DNA of 64,000 nucleotides from Chloroflexota bacterium. GTDB taxonomy: Bacteria > Chloroflexota > Limnocylindria > Limnocylindrales > CSP1-4. The translations under genes and the position numbers were made by a program. Shown here piece by piece: positions 56,030 to 64,000 of the stretch. The first letter of the stretch is position 1. Every line of letters begins with the position of its first letter. The stretch spans positions 618,157-682,156 of the forward strand of contig CANJLL010000001.1 of the NCBI GenBank assembly GCA_947475545.1, given 5' to 3'. The notes under the pieces were generated by a model, which saw only the letters and a list, made by a program, of their open reading frames with translations, was not told where the DNA came from and did no database searches.

Positions 56030-57205
56030 CTAGCGCCGGACGGACGCGGCCGGGACCCTGGGCAGGTCGGCCAATTGGATGGCGATGGCCCGGACGTCGC
56101 GGCTGATGGGCGCATCCGGCTGGGCGAGGACGAACGGGACGCCCTCGTTGTTCGAGGCCACGACCAGGCGACCGTCGGACTGGACGAGGTGATCCGGCTG
56201 TCGCCCGATGGCGCGGGCGAGCAGGTCCGGTGACATGCCGCCGGCTGAGTCGGCGCGGTTGACGACGAACCGGAGCTTGGATTCCGGGTAGCCGATGGCC
56301 CGGAACGTCTCGGTGACGGCCGCCACGTTGCGCACCGCCGTGGACTCGTAGGTGGCGATCTGCAGGATGGTGGTGGCGTTGTCCAGGAAGCACAGGTTGA
56401 TGTCGTTGATCGCCGAGCTCATGTCGATGACGATCATGGGGTAGACCCGGCGCAGGATGGAGAGCACCTTCTCGACGTCCCGGACGGTGAGCATCTCCGC
56501 CTGCTCGATCCGTGGCGGTGCCATCAGGATGTCGATCCCCGACGGGTCCCGCCAGAGGGTGTCCTGGAGGTCGGACTGGGCGACGCGGTCGGTCGGCAAG
56601 TCCAGGATCGACGGCGCGTCCGGCGGCACCTTGAGCAGGCCACGCAGGTCGCCGTACTGGATGCTGCCGTCGATGAGCACCGTCTTGCGGCCGAGCTGAC
56701 CCAGCGAGACCGCGAGGTTGAAGGCGAGCGTGGTCCGGCCGACGCCGCCCTTGGGTCCGAAGACCGCGATGAGCTGCGAGGTGGCTTCGCTGGAGCCCGC
56801 ATCGAAGTCGGCCTTGACCTGGTTGATCGCCGTGAGCAGGTCGTAGCCGGAAAAGGGCATCGTCAGGACGGCGTGGATGCCGCGATTGACATCCGGCTTG
56901 ATGGGCGTCTGGGGCACCGTGAGGAGAATCACCGGCAACGAGTGCCCGGACTGGCGGACCATCTCGAGCACGGCGGGCGCCCTGGTCTTGCCCTGGAGCA
57001 GGGCGTCGATGACCACGATGTCGGGTCGCAGCTCGGCGATGTCGGCGGCGATATGGCTGCCATCCGACACGATGTCGAGCAGCTTCACCAAGGCCTGCGT
57101 GTTGAGCAGGTTACGGATGTACTGCGCGACCTGGGGGACGTCCTCGATGACGAGCAAGCGGATCTGGTCGCTGGATGCCATGCCCCGACTATACCAATGC
57201 GCCAC
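56030..57205 (-). CDS. Response-regulator receiver domain fused to a ParA/MinD-family ATPase (CpaE-like), copy 2. The receiver is probably degenerate.
   Basis: A REC-like N-terminus with the Asp (VVIDALL) and Thr (ILLTV) but no conserved Lys (VLTMPF). The deviant Walker A is FGPKGGVGRTTLAFNLA. Confidence 0.75.
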   Translation of the reverse strand: MAHWYSRGMASSDQIRLLVIEDVPQVAQYIRNLLNTQALVKLLDIVSDGSHIAADIAELRPDIVVIDALLQGKTRAPAVLEMVRQSGHSLPVILLTVPQTPIKPDVNRGIHAVLTMPFSGYDLLTAINQVKADFDAGSSEATSQLIAVFGPKGGVGRTTLAFNLAVSLGQLGRKTVLIDGSIQYGDLRGLLKVPPDAPSILDLPTDRVAQSDLQDTLWRDPSGIDILMAPPRIEQAEMLTVRDVEKVLSILRRVYPMIVIDMSSAINDINLCFLDNATTILQIATYESTAVRNVAAVTETFRAIGYPESKLRFVVNRADSAGGMSPDLLARAIGRQPDHLVQSDGRLVVASNNEGVPFVLAQPDAPISRDVRAIAIQLADLPRVPAASVRR

Positions 57206-57331
57206 GGGCGCGCGACTCGGCGCGGCGGACCCGGCGGGCCCGGGCGGTGCGGGCGTGCCACGGCCGACCCGCGGGAAGCCGGGCGGCGAGCCGCGGGGCG
57301 CGCCGACCGGCCGGGACCGCGTCGCTGGGGA

Positions 57332-58156
57332 TCAGGGTCGTGCCGCGATCAGGATGGCCCGATCCGTCCCGGGACCGACGGGCTCCAGGTCGTAGCCGCC
57401 GGCCAGCTGCTCGATCTCCAGGCCAGCATCCTCGGCGAAGCCGACCAGCTCGTCGGCAGAGACCAGGCGGAGCCGGTCGCTTCGGATCCAGCGGACCGGC
57501 GCCTCGCCCTGGGCGGCCTCCTCGTAGATCGTGGTCAGCGTCACCACCTGGCTCGACGGGTCGTGCTGGGCAGAGCTGGCCTTGGTCACGATCCGCCCCG
57601 TCTCCTGGTCGAGCCGGGCGTGCTCCAGGAGGATTCGACCGTCGTACCGAGCGAGGTCGTCGGCTGCCGGCTGCCAGACGTCGATGACGGCCAGTCCGCC
57701 CGGAGCGAGGTGGCGGGCCAGCGTCCGGAGGGCCTCGCGCTGGGCTGTGCGTGAGGCCAGCAGCAGCAGGGAGTTGAGCGCGATGAACGCCAGGCGGAAC
57801 GATCCCGCCGACGGGAGTTCGAGGCCCAGCAGGTCGGCCTCCACCAGGTCGAGGCGGCCCCGGCGTCGACGGCCGCGGGCCGGCGCGCCGGCCTGGGCGC
57901 CGAGCAGTGGGCCCGCGGCCGCGCGAGCGCGCGCCAGCATCGCGGGGTCCAGGTCCACGCCCGTGACGTCGCAGCCGGCCTGGGCCATGGGAACGGCGAT
58001 GCGCCCGCTACCGGCCGCCAGCTCCAACACGGGCCCACCGGTCCGGTCGGCCAAGGCGAGGTAGAGGTCCAGGTCCCCCGGGTCGTCGCTCAGGTCCAGG
58101 TCGTACAGGCGCGCCAGCGCGGCGGCGGCCGCCGGCGTCGTGCCGAGCATTTCCAT
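57332..58156 (-). CDS. Class I SAM-dependent methyltransferase.
   Basis: Motif I VLELAAGSGRIA, an acidic loop (VTGVDLD), and motif post-I/II. Confidence 0.7.
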   Translation of the reverse strand: MEMLGTTPAAAAALARLYDLDLSDDPGDLDLYLALADRTGGPVLELAAGSGRIAVPMAQAGCDVTGVDLDPAMLARARAAAGPLLGAQAGAPARGRRRRGRLDLVEADLLGLELPSAGSFRLAFIALNSLLLLASRTAQREALRTLARHLAPGGLAVIDVWQPAADDLARYDGRILLEHARLDQETGRIVTKASSAQHDPSSQVVTLTTIYEEAAQGEAPVRWIRSDRLRLVSADELVGFAEDAGLEIEQLAGGYDLEPVGPGTDRAILIAARP

Positions 58157-59256
58157 CAGGCGTCGACCTCCCGGAACAGCCCCTGACCCCAGCGGACCGG
58201 GTGGCCAGCCTGCCGGCGGACGGCGAGCGCGGTGATCGCCGTGAGCGCACAGCGATTGGCCGCCGTGGCGGTGATCTCGGCCTGGTCGTACGGCGGCGAC
58301 ACCTCGACGATGTCCATCCCGGCGAGATCGACCGCCTCCACGACCTGACGGATGGCCCGAAGCAGCTCGCGCGGCAGCAGGCCACCCGGCTCGGGCGTGC
58401 CAGTCCCCGGGGCAAATCCCGGGTCGAGCACGTCCACGTCCACGGACAGGTAGATCGCGTCTGGCCCGTCGAGGGCCTCGGCGATGGCATCGGCCACCAC
58501 GGCCTCGGTCCCTCGCTCTTCGATCTCGCGCATGGTGTGCCAGCGCATCCCCTGCTCGGCCATCCAGGCGAACACCTCCGTGCCTGGCCAGTAGCCGCGC
58601 AGGCCAACCTGGACGAAGTTGCGCCCCGCGACTGCGCCCGACTCGATCAGGCGACGCATCGGCGTCCCGTGGCCCGCGAGCTGCCCGCGCTCCGTGTCGG
58701 CGGTGTCGGCGTGAGCGTCGAAATGAACGATCCCGATCTGTCCCGGCCGGCGGAGCTGCGCGACGGCGGTTGCCGAGGGCCAGGCGATCGAGTGGTCGCC
58801 GCCCAGCACGATCGGGACGGCCCCGGTCCCGGCGACCTCCCGGACTTTGCGGTAGATGATCGCGTGGGACCGGGCTGAGCTCCCGGGGACGATGGCGGCG
58901 TCGCCGGCGTCCAGGACATTGAGCACCTCAAACGGGCGGACGCCGGATTCGAACGCGTTGATGGAGCCCGAGGTGTACTGCGCCTCGCGGATGGCACGTG
59001 GCCCGAAGCGCGCGCCCGACCGGTGGGAGACGCCGTCGTCGTACGGGGCGCCGATGATCGCGACGTCGGCTCGACGCGCCCGGATCTCCGCCGGGTCGGT
59101 CACCCAGGGAAGCTTCATGAATGACAGCGGCCCGACATAGGTTGGCAACAGGGACGGATCGAGGACGTCGATCTCGGCGTCCCACCCATTCCGGGCGGCG
59201 AAGTCGATCTGGGCCGGCTCGTCGGCCCGGTGGGCGTCGGCCGCCTGGTTGGACAA
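58156..59256 (-). CDS. Arginase/agmatinase/formiminoglutamase-family ureohydrolase, most likely an agmatinase. It has a TTG start preceded by GGAGG.
   Basis: Mn-binding motifs (GGDHSIAWP; DAHADT; SVDVDVLDP). The track ORF's N-terminal 75 aa overlaps the upstream M20D gene. An in-frame TTG at 59256 sits 5 nt downstream of a GGAGG. Confidence 0.75.
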   Translation of the reverse strand: MSNQAADAHRADEPAQIDFAARNGWDAEIDVLDPSLLPTYVGPLSFMKLPWVTDPAEIRARRADVAIIGAPYDDGVSHRSGARFGPRAIREAQYTSGSINAFESGVRPFEVLNVLDAGDAAIVPGSSARSHAIIYRKVREVAGTGAVPIVLGGDHSIAWPSATAVAQLRRPGQIGIVHFDAHADTADTERGQLAGHGTPMRRLIESGAVAGRNFVQVGLRGYWPGTEVFAWMAEQGMRWHTMREIEERGTEAVVADAIAEALDGPDAIYLSVDVDVLDPGFAPGTGTPEPGGLLPRELLRAIRQVVEAVDLAGMDIVEVSPPYDQAEITATAANRCALTAITALAVRRQAGHPVRWGQGLFREVDA

Positions 59257-59305
59257 GATGACCTCCGGGGGGGTGTGAGCCTGAGGGTAGCACCGGCGTT
59301 TCGCC

Positions 59306-60511
59306 CTAGCGGTCGGCGTGGAACTCCTCCCAGGCCGCTGCGACCAGCGCTGGATCGGCATACAGGTCGGCTGCCGTCTGGGCGAGGAGCGTGGCGGCGA
59401 TGAGGGTGGTCTGGTCGGCGGGCGGGAGCGCCGCGGCGTCGCGGAAGAGCACGGAGTGCTTGGGCGTGCCCGCGGGGGCAATCGCCAGCTCCGGCTGGAT
59501 CGAGGGGCAGACCCAGCTCACGTTTGCCATGTCGGTGCTGCCCGAGAAGTCGTCCGGGCCCTGGTCCGGTCGGCTGTAGGCAGCCATGTTGGCGCGGAAC
59601 CGATCTGCGAGGACGCTGTTGTTGCGCATGGTGCTGGTGTACGCCGAGAACTCCACGCTAACCTGGGTGTCGGTCGCGAGCGCGGCAGCGCGGCAGAGGT
59701 CCTCGAATCGGCTCCGCAGGGCCGGGTAGTCAGCCTGCGTCGCGGTCCGGATGATGAACCAGGCCGAGGTCCGGTCCGGGATGATGTTGGCCGCGGTACC
59801 GCCCTCCCGGATCACGCCGTGGACCCGCGTATCGGGCTTGAGCTGCTGGCGCCAGAGGCCGATGGAGCTGAACAGCAGCACGAGCGCGTCGAGTGCGTTC
59901 TTCCCGTCCCAGGGCGCCAGCGCGGCGTGCGCCTGCAGGCCGGTGAAGACCACCTCCACGTCCTCCGAGGCGAGTGGGTAGAGCTCGACGTGGTCGCGGT
60001 CGCACGGGTGGAAAAGGAGCGCCGCGTCCAGGCCGTCGAACAGCCCCTCGTCGATCATCACCTGCTTGCCGGAGCCACGCTCCTCGGCCGGCGTGCCGAG
60101 GAAGACGATCTCACCCGGGAGGTCGGCGGCCACGGCGGCAAGCGCGATGGCGGCACCAACCCCGGCCGCGGCCATGGTGTTGTGCCCGCAGCCGTGACCC
60201 AGGCCCGGCAGTGCGTCGTACTCCCCGATGATCCCGATCCGGGGGCCCTTGCCCCCCCGTCCGCCGGGCAGCGTGGCGCGAACCGCGGTGGAGAGGCTGC
60301 CCGCGGGCCGCTCCACCGCAAAGCCGTGGCGAGCCAGCGCCTCGGCGACCCAGGCGGCAGCCCGTTCCTCCTCGAACGCGGGCTCGGGGTTGGCGTGGAT
60401 CAGGTGGGACAGGCCGAGGATCTCGGCGCTGGCCCCAGCGACGGCCGCCGCGATGCGCCGCTTGAGCTCGCCGTTCGGCTCGGCCGGGGTGGTGGTGCTC
60501 AGCAGGTCCAT
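59306..60511 (-). CDS. M20D-family amidohydrolase (hippurate hydrolase or aminoacylase-like).
   Basis: HGCGHN metal-binding motif, and the dimerisation and catalytic-domain arrangement of M20D. Confidence 0.8.
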   Translation of the reverse strand: MDLLSTTTPAEPNGELKRRIAAAVAGASAEILGLSHLIHANPEPAFEEERAAAWVAEALARHGFAVERPAGSLSTAVRATLPGGRGGKGPRIGIIGEYDALPGLGHGCGHNTMAAAGVGAAIALAAVAADLPGEIVFLGTPAEERGSGKQVMIDEGLFDGLDAALLFHPCDRDHVELYPLASEDVEVVFTGLQAHAALAPWDGKNALDALVLLFSSIGLWRQQLKPDTRVHGVIREGGTAANIIPDRTSAWFIIRTATQADYPALRSRFEDLCRAAALATDTQVSVEFSAYTSTMRNNSVLADRFRANMAAYSRPDQGPDDFSGSTDMANVSWVCPSIQPELAIAPAGTPKHSVLFRDAAALPPADQTTLIAATLLAQTAADLYADPALVAAAWEEFHADR

Positions 60512-60560
60512 GGGGTCCTCGTGAGGGCGGTGAGCCAGGTCGTTGGGCGCTGTGGCGGGA

Positions 60561-60935
60561 TCAGCGCTCGGACGAGAGGGTGGTCTCGGCGAGCAGGATC
60601 ATTGCCCCGACGAACAGCATGATGGGCGGCTGGAAGATGCCCTGGAACCGGAGTGCGACGTACAGGATCACCAGGAACGAGACCCATGTGCCTCGCCGGA
60701 TGGCACGGGTCCAGTCTCCGTGATAGGCAATCCGACGGTGACGACCAAAGACGCCCAGCCAGAACAGCGGCACGGCCGTCAGCCCGAACGCGGCCCCCAG
60801 CAGGACACCCCCGATCGGGGCGATGCCCGGGTCGAGAACCGGATCGCGCGTGGTCAAGACCGCGACGACCAGCATCCAGGCGAACGCGGCGGCCGCGAAG
60901 AAGCCCAGGTTGGTCATCCGGTCTCGCGCCTCCAT
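60561..60935 (-). CDS. Small integral membrane protein of 124 aa with 3–4 TM helices. Function unknown.
   Basis: A clean ORF with a hydrophobic helix pattern (FFAAAAFAWMLVVAVL; GGVLLGAAFGLTAVPLFWLGVF; WVSFLVILYVAL; IMLFVGAMILLA). Confidence 0.5.
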   Translation of the reverse strand: MEARDRMTNLGFFAAAAFAWMLVVAVLTTRDPVLDPGIAPIGGVLLGAAFGLTAVPLFWLGVFGRHRRIAYHGDWTRAIRRGTWVSFLVILYVALRFQGIFQPPIMLFVGAMILLAETTLSSER

Positions 60936-60989
60936 CGCCCCGCGAGTCTACGGCCTCACGCGCCGGGGCGGGCCGAGCCGGGCAAGCGT

Positions 60990-61274
60990 CGGACACACCA
61001 AGCACTAGCCGGGGGGACCGCCCCAAATTGGCCGCTTCGAGGGCGGCTTCCAGATCCTCCAGACGATCGATGGTCAGGTTGGCCTCGACCACCAATCCGG
61101 GATCCACCGGCTGCCGAGGCCAGTCCTGGGGCTGGCCGCAAACGACGACCCGCGCACCGGCACCAGCGTGTTTGCAAAGTCAAACGAGATGGCGAGCAGC
61201 GCGGCCGACCCGTTGGCGACCGGCCCCAGGCTCATGAGGCCGCGCTGGACGGACAGATCTGGCGGAATGGGCAC
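60990..61274 (-). pseudogene. Possible frameshifted remnant of a small gene. Two protein-like fragments lie in different frames immediately downstream of the helicase–nuclease gene.
   Basis: Frame 1 reads MSLGPVANGSAALLAISFDFANTLVPVRG... Frame 2 reads ...DPGLVVEANLTIDRLEDLEAALEAANLGRSPRLVLGVSDA. Neither continues, and the first overlaps the 3' end of the upstream gene by about 40 nt. Confidence 0.2.
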
Positions 61275-64000
61275 CAGGTGCAGGCAAGCGGCGCTGGCGT
61301 AGCGGCGAATGCCCCGGCGCGAATCCCCGCCGCGGCGTCTGTGATCCGACCGCGCGCCTTCTCGAGCCGCTTGGGGTCCACCTCGGCGCGCCCGACCAGG
61401 CCTGAATCGAGGAAGTGAAGCTGGACGGCATCCGGCAGGCGACCGGTCATCGCCTCGTAGGCGATGGCGTAGATCTGCAGCTGGAGGGACTCGCGGGCCC
61501 GCTTGCGGGCCACTGCCGGGTCCCGCACGTCCCCGGACTTGTAGTCAGTGATGGTCACCCGCTCCCGACCCAGGAGATCCAGCATTGGCGAGATGACGTC
61601 AGCTCGTGCGCTTCCGGCCGCCAGCGGCGGGACGTCTGCCGCGTCGGTGGGGCCCGCGGCCTGGATGTCCACGCGATCCCAGCGGCCCCGGATCCGGTCG
61701 CCGCCGAGCGTGAAGTCGAACTCGCGCTCCACGTACGCCGGGACCACGGCGCCCGGCATGAGTTGTGCCGCCCTGAAGCGACGCAGGGCGTCGTGCCCTG
61801 CCTCCAGCCGGGCGGCTTCGTGCTCGCGGGAGAGGAAGCCCTCGTTGGACCACGCGGCGTCGAAGACCGCCAGCAGGTCGGCCTCCTCCATCACCTCCCC
61901 GCGGCCATGACGGCGATGGAACTCCTGGACTCCCTGGTGCAGGGCCGAGCCGTAGGTCATCGAATGGTGCGGCGCGACAGGGACCCCGATCACATAGCTC
62001 AGCTTGTAGCGCATGGGGCAGGTGAGGTACGCATCGATCGCCGAGAACGAGAGGAGGAGGGGGCGATTGCCGGGTGCCCTGGCCGGCACCACTGGCACCG
62101 GAAGGGCCTCCACCCCGCCGAGCCGTTCGATCGCCGACGCCCGGCCGGGCGTTGTGGCCGGCTTGTCGCCGGCGAGCGGCAGGTCCATCGCCTCCAGGAC
62201 GAAGGGCGAGACCCGCCGGCTCCTTGCGCCGCCGTAGTCGATGGCGTTCGACAGGATCAGCTCGTCTCGGGCCCGGGTCATGGCCACGTAGAACAGCCGG
62301 CGCTCCTCCTGGACATGGAAGTCCCCCTCCGGCAGCACCTCGCTGACGAGCGCCAGCGGGACGGACAGCGATTCGCGGCGCGCGGTGATCGGGAATCGGC
62401 CGGCCACCAGGCCCGGCAGGAAGACCACGGGGAACTCGAGCCCCTTGGCCTTGTGGACCGTGAGCACCGCGACGGCATCCGCATCCGGATCGAGATCCGC
62501 GGTGGCGGGGTCATCGCCAGCCTCCACCAGCGTGGCCAGGTGCGGCGCGAGGAACACGGCCCGATCGTCCACGAGGAGGGACGACTGGGACCGCACGATC
62601 TCGAAGAAGCGGGCGATGTTGCTCAACGCTTCCTCCGCTGCGGCGGTCTCCGTGCCAACCAGCCGGGTGAGCAAGCCGGAGGTCCGGAGGAACGTCAGCA
62701 GCAGCTCCCCCGCGGGCCGGCTACGGGCCAGCTCCTCCAGCCGAGCCAGCTCCTCCAGAAGCCGCTCCGCCGCCGCGCGGCCAGCCGCCGAGATTCGCAG
62801 CGCGCCGGGCTGCTCCACCACGTCCACGAGCATCTCCCGGATGGTCCGGCTGCGGCGACGCGCGTTGGCTGCGATCAGCGCGAGGTCGTCCGCGGCGAAC
62901 CCGTAGATCTCGGACGCGGCGAGCGCGTACAGGTCCACGCTGGAGCCCGGGTCCGCCATCACGCGCAGGAACGAGAGGAGCAGGCGCACCTCGGGACGCG
63001 CGTACAGGCCCGACGTCCCCGAGAAGCGCCACGGGACGCCGGCCATCGTCAGGCCGCGCAGGATGGGGTCGGCGTCCGCGTTGGCCCTGACCAGGACGGC
63101 GTGGTCCCCCGGGCGAGCGCCGGCCGTCACTCGGCGCGCAATCTCGGCGGCCACCCAGTCCGCCTCCTGCGAGCCCGTGGCAAAGACCTCGCGCCGGACG
63201 GGCGCCGCTGACGTCGCTGTCCGCTCCGGCTTGAGCTCCTTGCTGATGCCGGCCCGGACCTCGAGGCGATCCGGGTCGTTGAAGCGCACCAGTCTGTGGG
63301 ACGCCTCCAGGATGGGCGCGAGCGACCGGTAATTCCGATGCAGGACCACGGTCCTGGCGCCCGGATAGCGGTCACGGAACTCCAGGATGTTGCTGATCGC
63401 GGCGCCCCGGAACTTGTAGATCGACTGGTCGTCGTCGCCCACGACGGTCACGTTCTGGTGGCGGTCAGCCAGCAGCGCGACCAGCTCCGACTGCGCGCGG
63501 TTGGTGTCCTGGAACTCATCCACGAGGATGTACTTGAAGCGCCCGGCGACCTCCTGGCGGACGGCCGGCGAGCCGCGCAGCAGGCGGAGGGCCAGCGCGA
63601 CCTGGTCGCCGAAGTCGATCAGGCCGTTGGCCCCGAGGAGCTCCTGGTAGCGGGCGTACGCCCCGGCCAGTTCCACCTGGCGGGCCGCTTCTTCGACCTG
63701 GGCCGCGACTGCATCCTGCTCCGCCGCCGTGGCCGGCTGGGCCGCCAACGCCGCTGCCGCCGACAGCGCCAGCGCCGCCGCGTGACCGCGGTATGCCTCC
63801 GGCGAGACGTCCTCGTCCTTGCAGCGCGAGAAGAACCCGACCAGGGCCGCGAGGAACCGGGTGGGATCACCCAGCGGACGGAAGCGCTCCAGGTCCAGCT
63901 GGAACAGGTGCTCCCGCAGGAAGATCACCGCCTCGGCGCGGCTGAGGACGCGGAGATCCGAGGGCAGACCCAGTTCGAAGGCGAACTCCCGGATCAGCCG
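61232..64000 (-). CDS. UvrD/PcrA-family helicase fused to a C-terminal Cas4/AddB-type Fe–S PD-(D/E)XK nuclease (AdnAB/AddAB-like subunit). It is partial: the N-terminus lies beyond the window end.
   Basis: Helicase motifs II and III (ILVDEFQDTNRAQ; VVGDDDQSIYKFRGA) and a C-terminal nuclease domain with IDAYLTCPMRYK...ITDYKSGD...LQLQIYAIAYE...CTWCPFRQIC (a 4-Cys cluster). The track ORF's M at 63928 is internal to helicase domain 1A, so the true start is beyond 64000. Confidence 0.85.
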   Translation of the reverse strand, partial: RLIREFAFELGLPSDLRVLSRAEAVIFLREHLFQLDLERFRPLGDPTRFLAALVGFFSRCKDEDVSPEAYRGHAAALALSAAAALAAQPATAAEQDAVAAQVEEAARQVELAGAYARYQELLGANGLIDFGDQVALALRLLRGSPAVRQEVAGRFKYILVDEFQDTNRAQSELVALLADRHQNVTVVGDDDQSIYKFRGAAISNILEFRDRYPGARTVVLHRNYRSLAPILEASHRLVRFNDPDRLEVRAGISKELKPERTATSAAPVRREVFATGSQEADWVAAEIARRVTAGARPGDHAVLVRANADADPILRGLTMAGVPWRFSGTSGLYARPEVRLLLSFLRVMADPGSSVDLYALAASEIYGFAADDLALIAANARRRSRTIREMLVDVVEQPGALRISAAGRAAAERLLEELARLEELARSRPAGELLLTFLRTSGLLTRLVGTETAAAEEALSNIARFFEIVRSQSSLLVDDRAVFLAPHLATLVEAGDDPATADLDPDADAVAVLTVHKAKGLEFPVVFLPGLVAGRFPITARRESLSVPLALVSEVLPEGDFHVQEERRLFYVAMTRARDELILSNAIDYGGARSRRVSPFVLEAMDLPLAGDKPATTPGRASAIERLGGVEALPVPVVPARAPGNRPLLLSFSAIDAYLTCPMRYKLSYVIGVPVAPHHSMTYGSALHQGVQEFHRRHGRGEVMEEADLLAVFDAAWSNEGFLSREHEAARLEAGHDALRRFRAAQLMPGAVVPAYVEREFDFTLGGDRIRGRWDRVDIQAAGPTDAADVPPLAAGSARADVISPMLDLLGRERVTITDYKSGDVRDPAVARKRARESLQLQIYAIAYEAMTGRLPDAVQLHFLDSGLVGRAEVDPKRLEKARGRITDAAAGIRAGAFAATPAPLACTWCPFRQICPSSAAS

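Noticed and set aside
1-64000. CRISPR arrays, IS elements or transposases, integrases other than xerC, and rRNA genes.
   Set aside because: There are no regularly spaced direct repeats and no DDE or serine recombinase motifs. xerC is the chromosomal dimer-resolution type, embedded in a housekeeping operon. No rRNA-like conserved blocks were seen.

Overview
The window is high-GC (roughly 70%) bacterial chromosomal DNA, densely coding, with most genes on the minus strand. The gene content (relA–hisS–aspS array, FemAB-family genes, CpaE-like REC–ParA fusions, candidate near-leaderless promoters) looks Actinobacteria-like or similar to another high-GC lineage such as Thermoleophilia or Chloroflexi; this is inference only. 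The six-frame track is full of GC-driven spurious and antisense ORFs, and many true genes needed their starts trimmed.

Genes I can support: iscS/nifS (partial), typA, a MocA-like nucleotidyltransferase, DUF1801, an EamA transporter, aspS, hisS, rel, murE, two tandem FemAB-family genes, murJ, xerC/D, topA, a CAP-domain secreted protein, dprA, comM/yifB, two REC–ParA/MinD (CpaE-like) fusions, an alpha/beta hydrolase, an SPFH–NfeD pair, a Nudix hydrolase, tyrA, trpB2, a LigT-like 2H phosphoesterase, ppa, a DnaB-C-terminal-like ATPase, M20 and M20D peptidases, ftsH, tRNA-Met(CAU), a frameshifted PAS–GGDEF–EAL sensor, an FtsB/DivIC-like protein, an MrfA/MrfB-like helicase–exonuclease pair, YdeI, ychF, a 2-hydroxyacid dehydrogenase, a zincin-like protease, murI, a SAM methyltransferase, an agmatinase-family enzyme, and a partial UvrD-type helicase fused to a Cas4/AddB-type Fe–S nuclease.

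The most interesting observations are:
- A chain of six genes, topA–xerC–murJ–femX–femX–murE, joined by 1–4 nt stop/start overlaps.
- A lower-GC DnaB-like ATPase gene next to an 850-bp ORF-free gap.
- A paralogous pair of novel secreted/membrane proteins, one carrying a hexanucleotide-microsatellite-encoded Pro/Ala linker.
- A GGDEF–EAL gene broken at a CCCCCGGG tract.
- A perfect 8-5-8 palindrome and a near-leaderless promoter in the ftsB–mrfA divergent region.
- Two orphan CpaE-like REC–ParA proteins.

I found no CRISPR array, rRNA or recognisable IS element.
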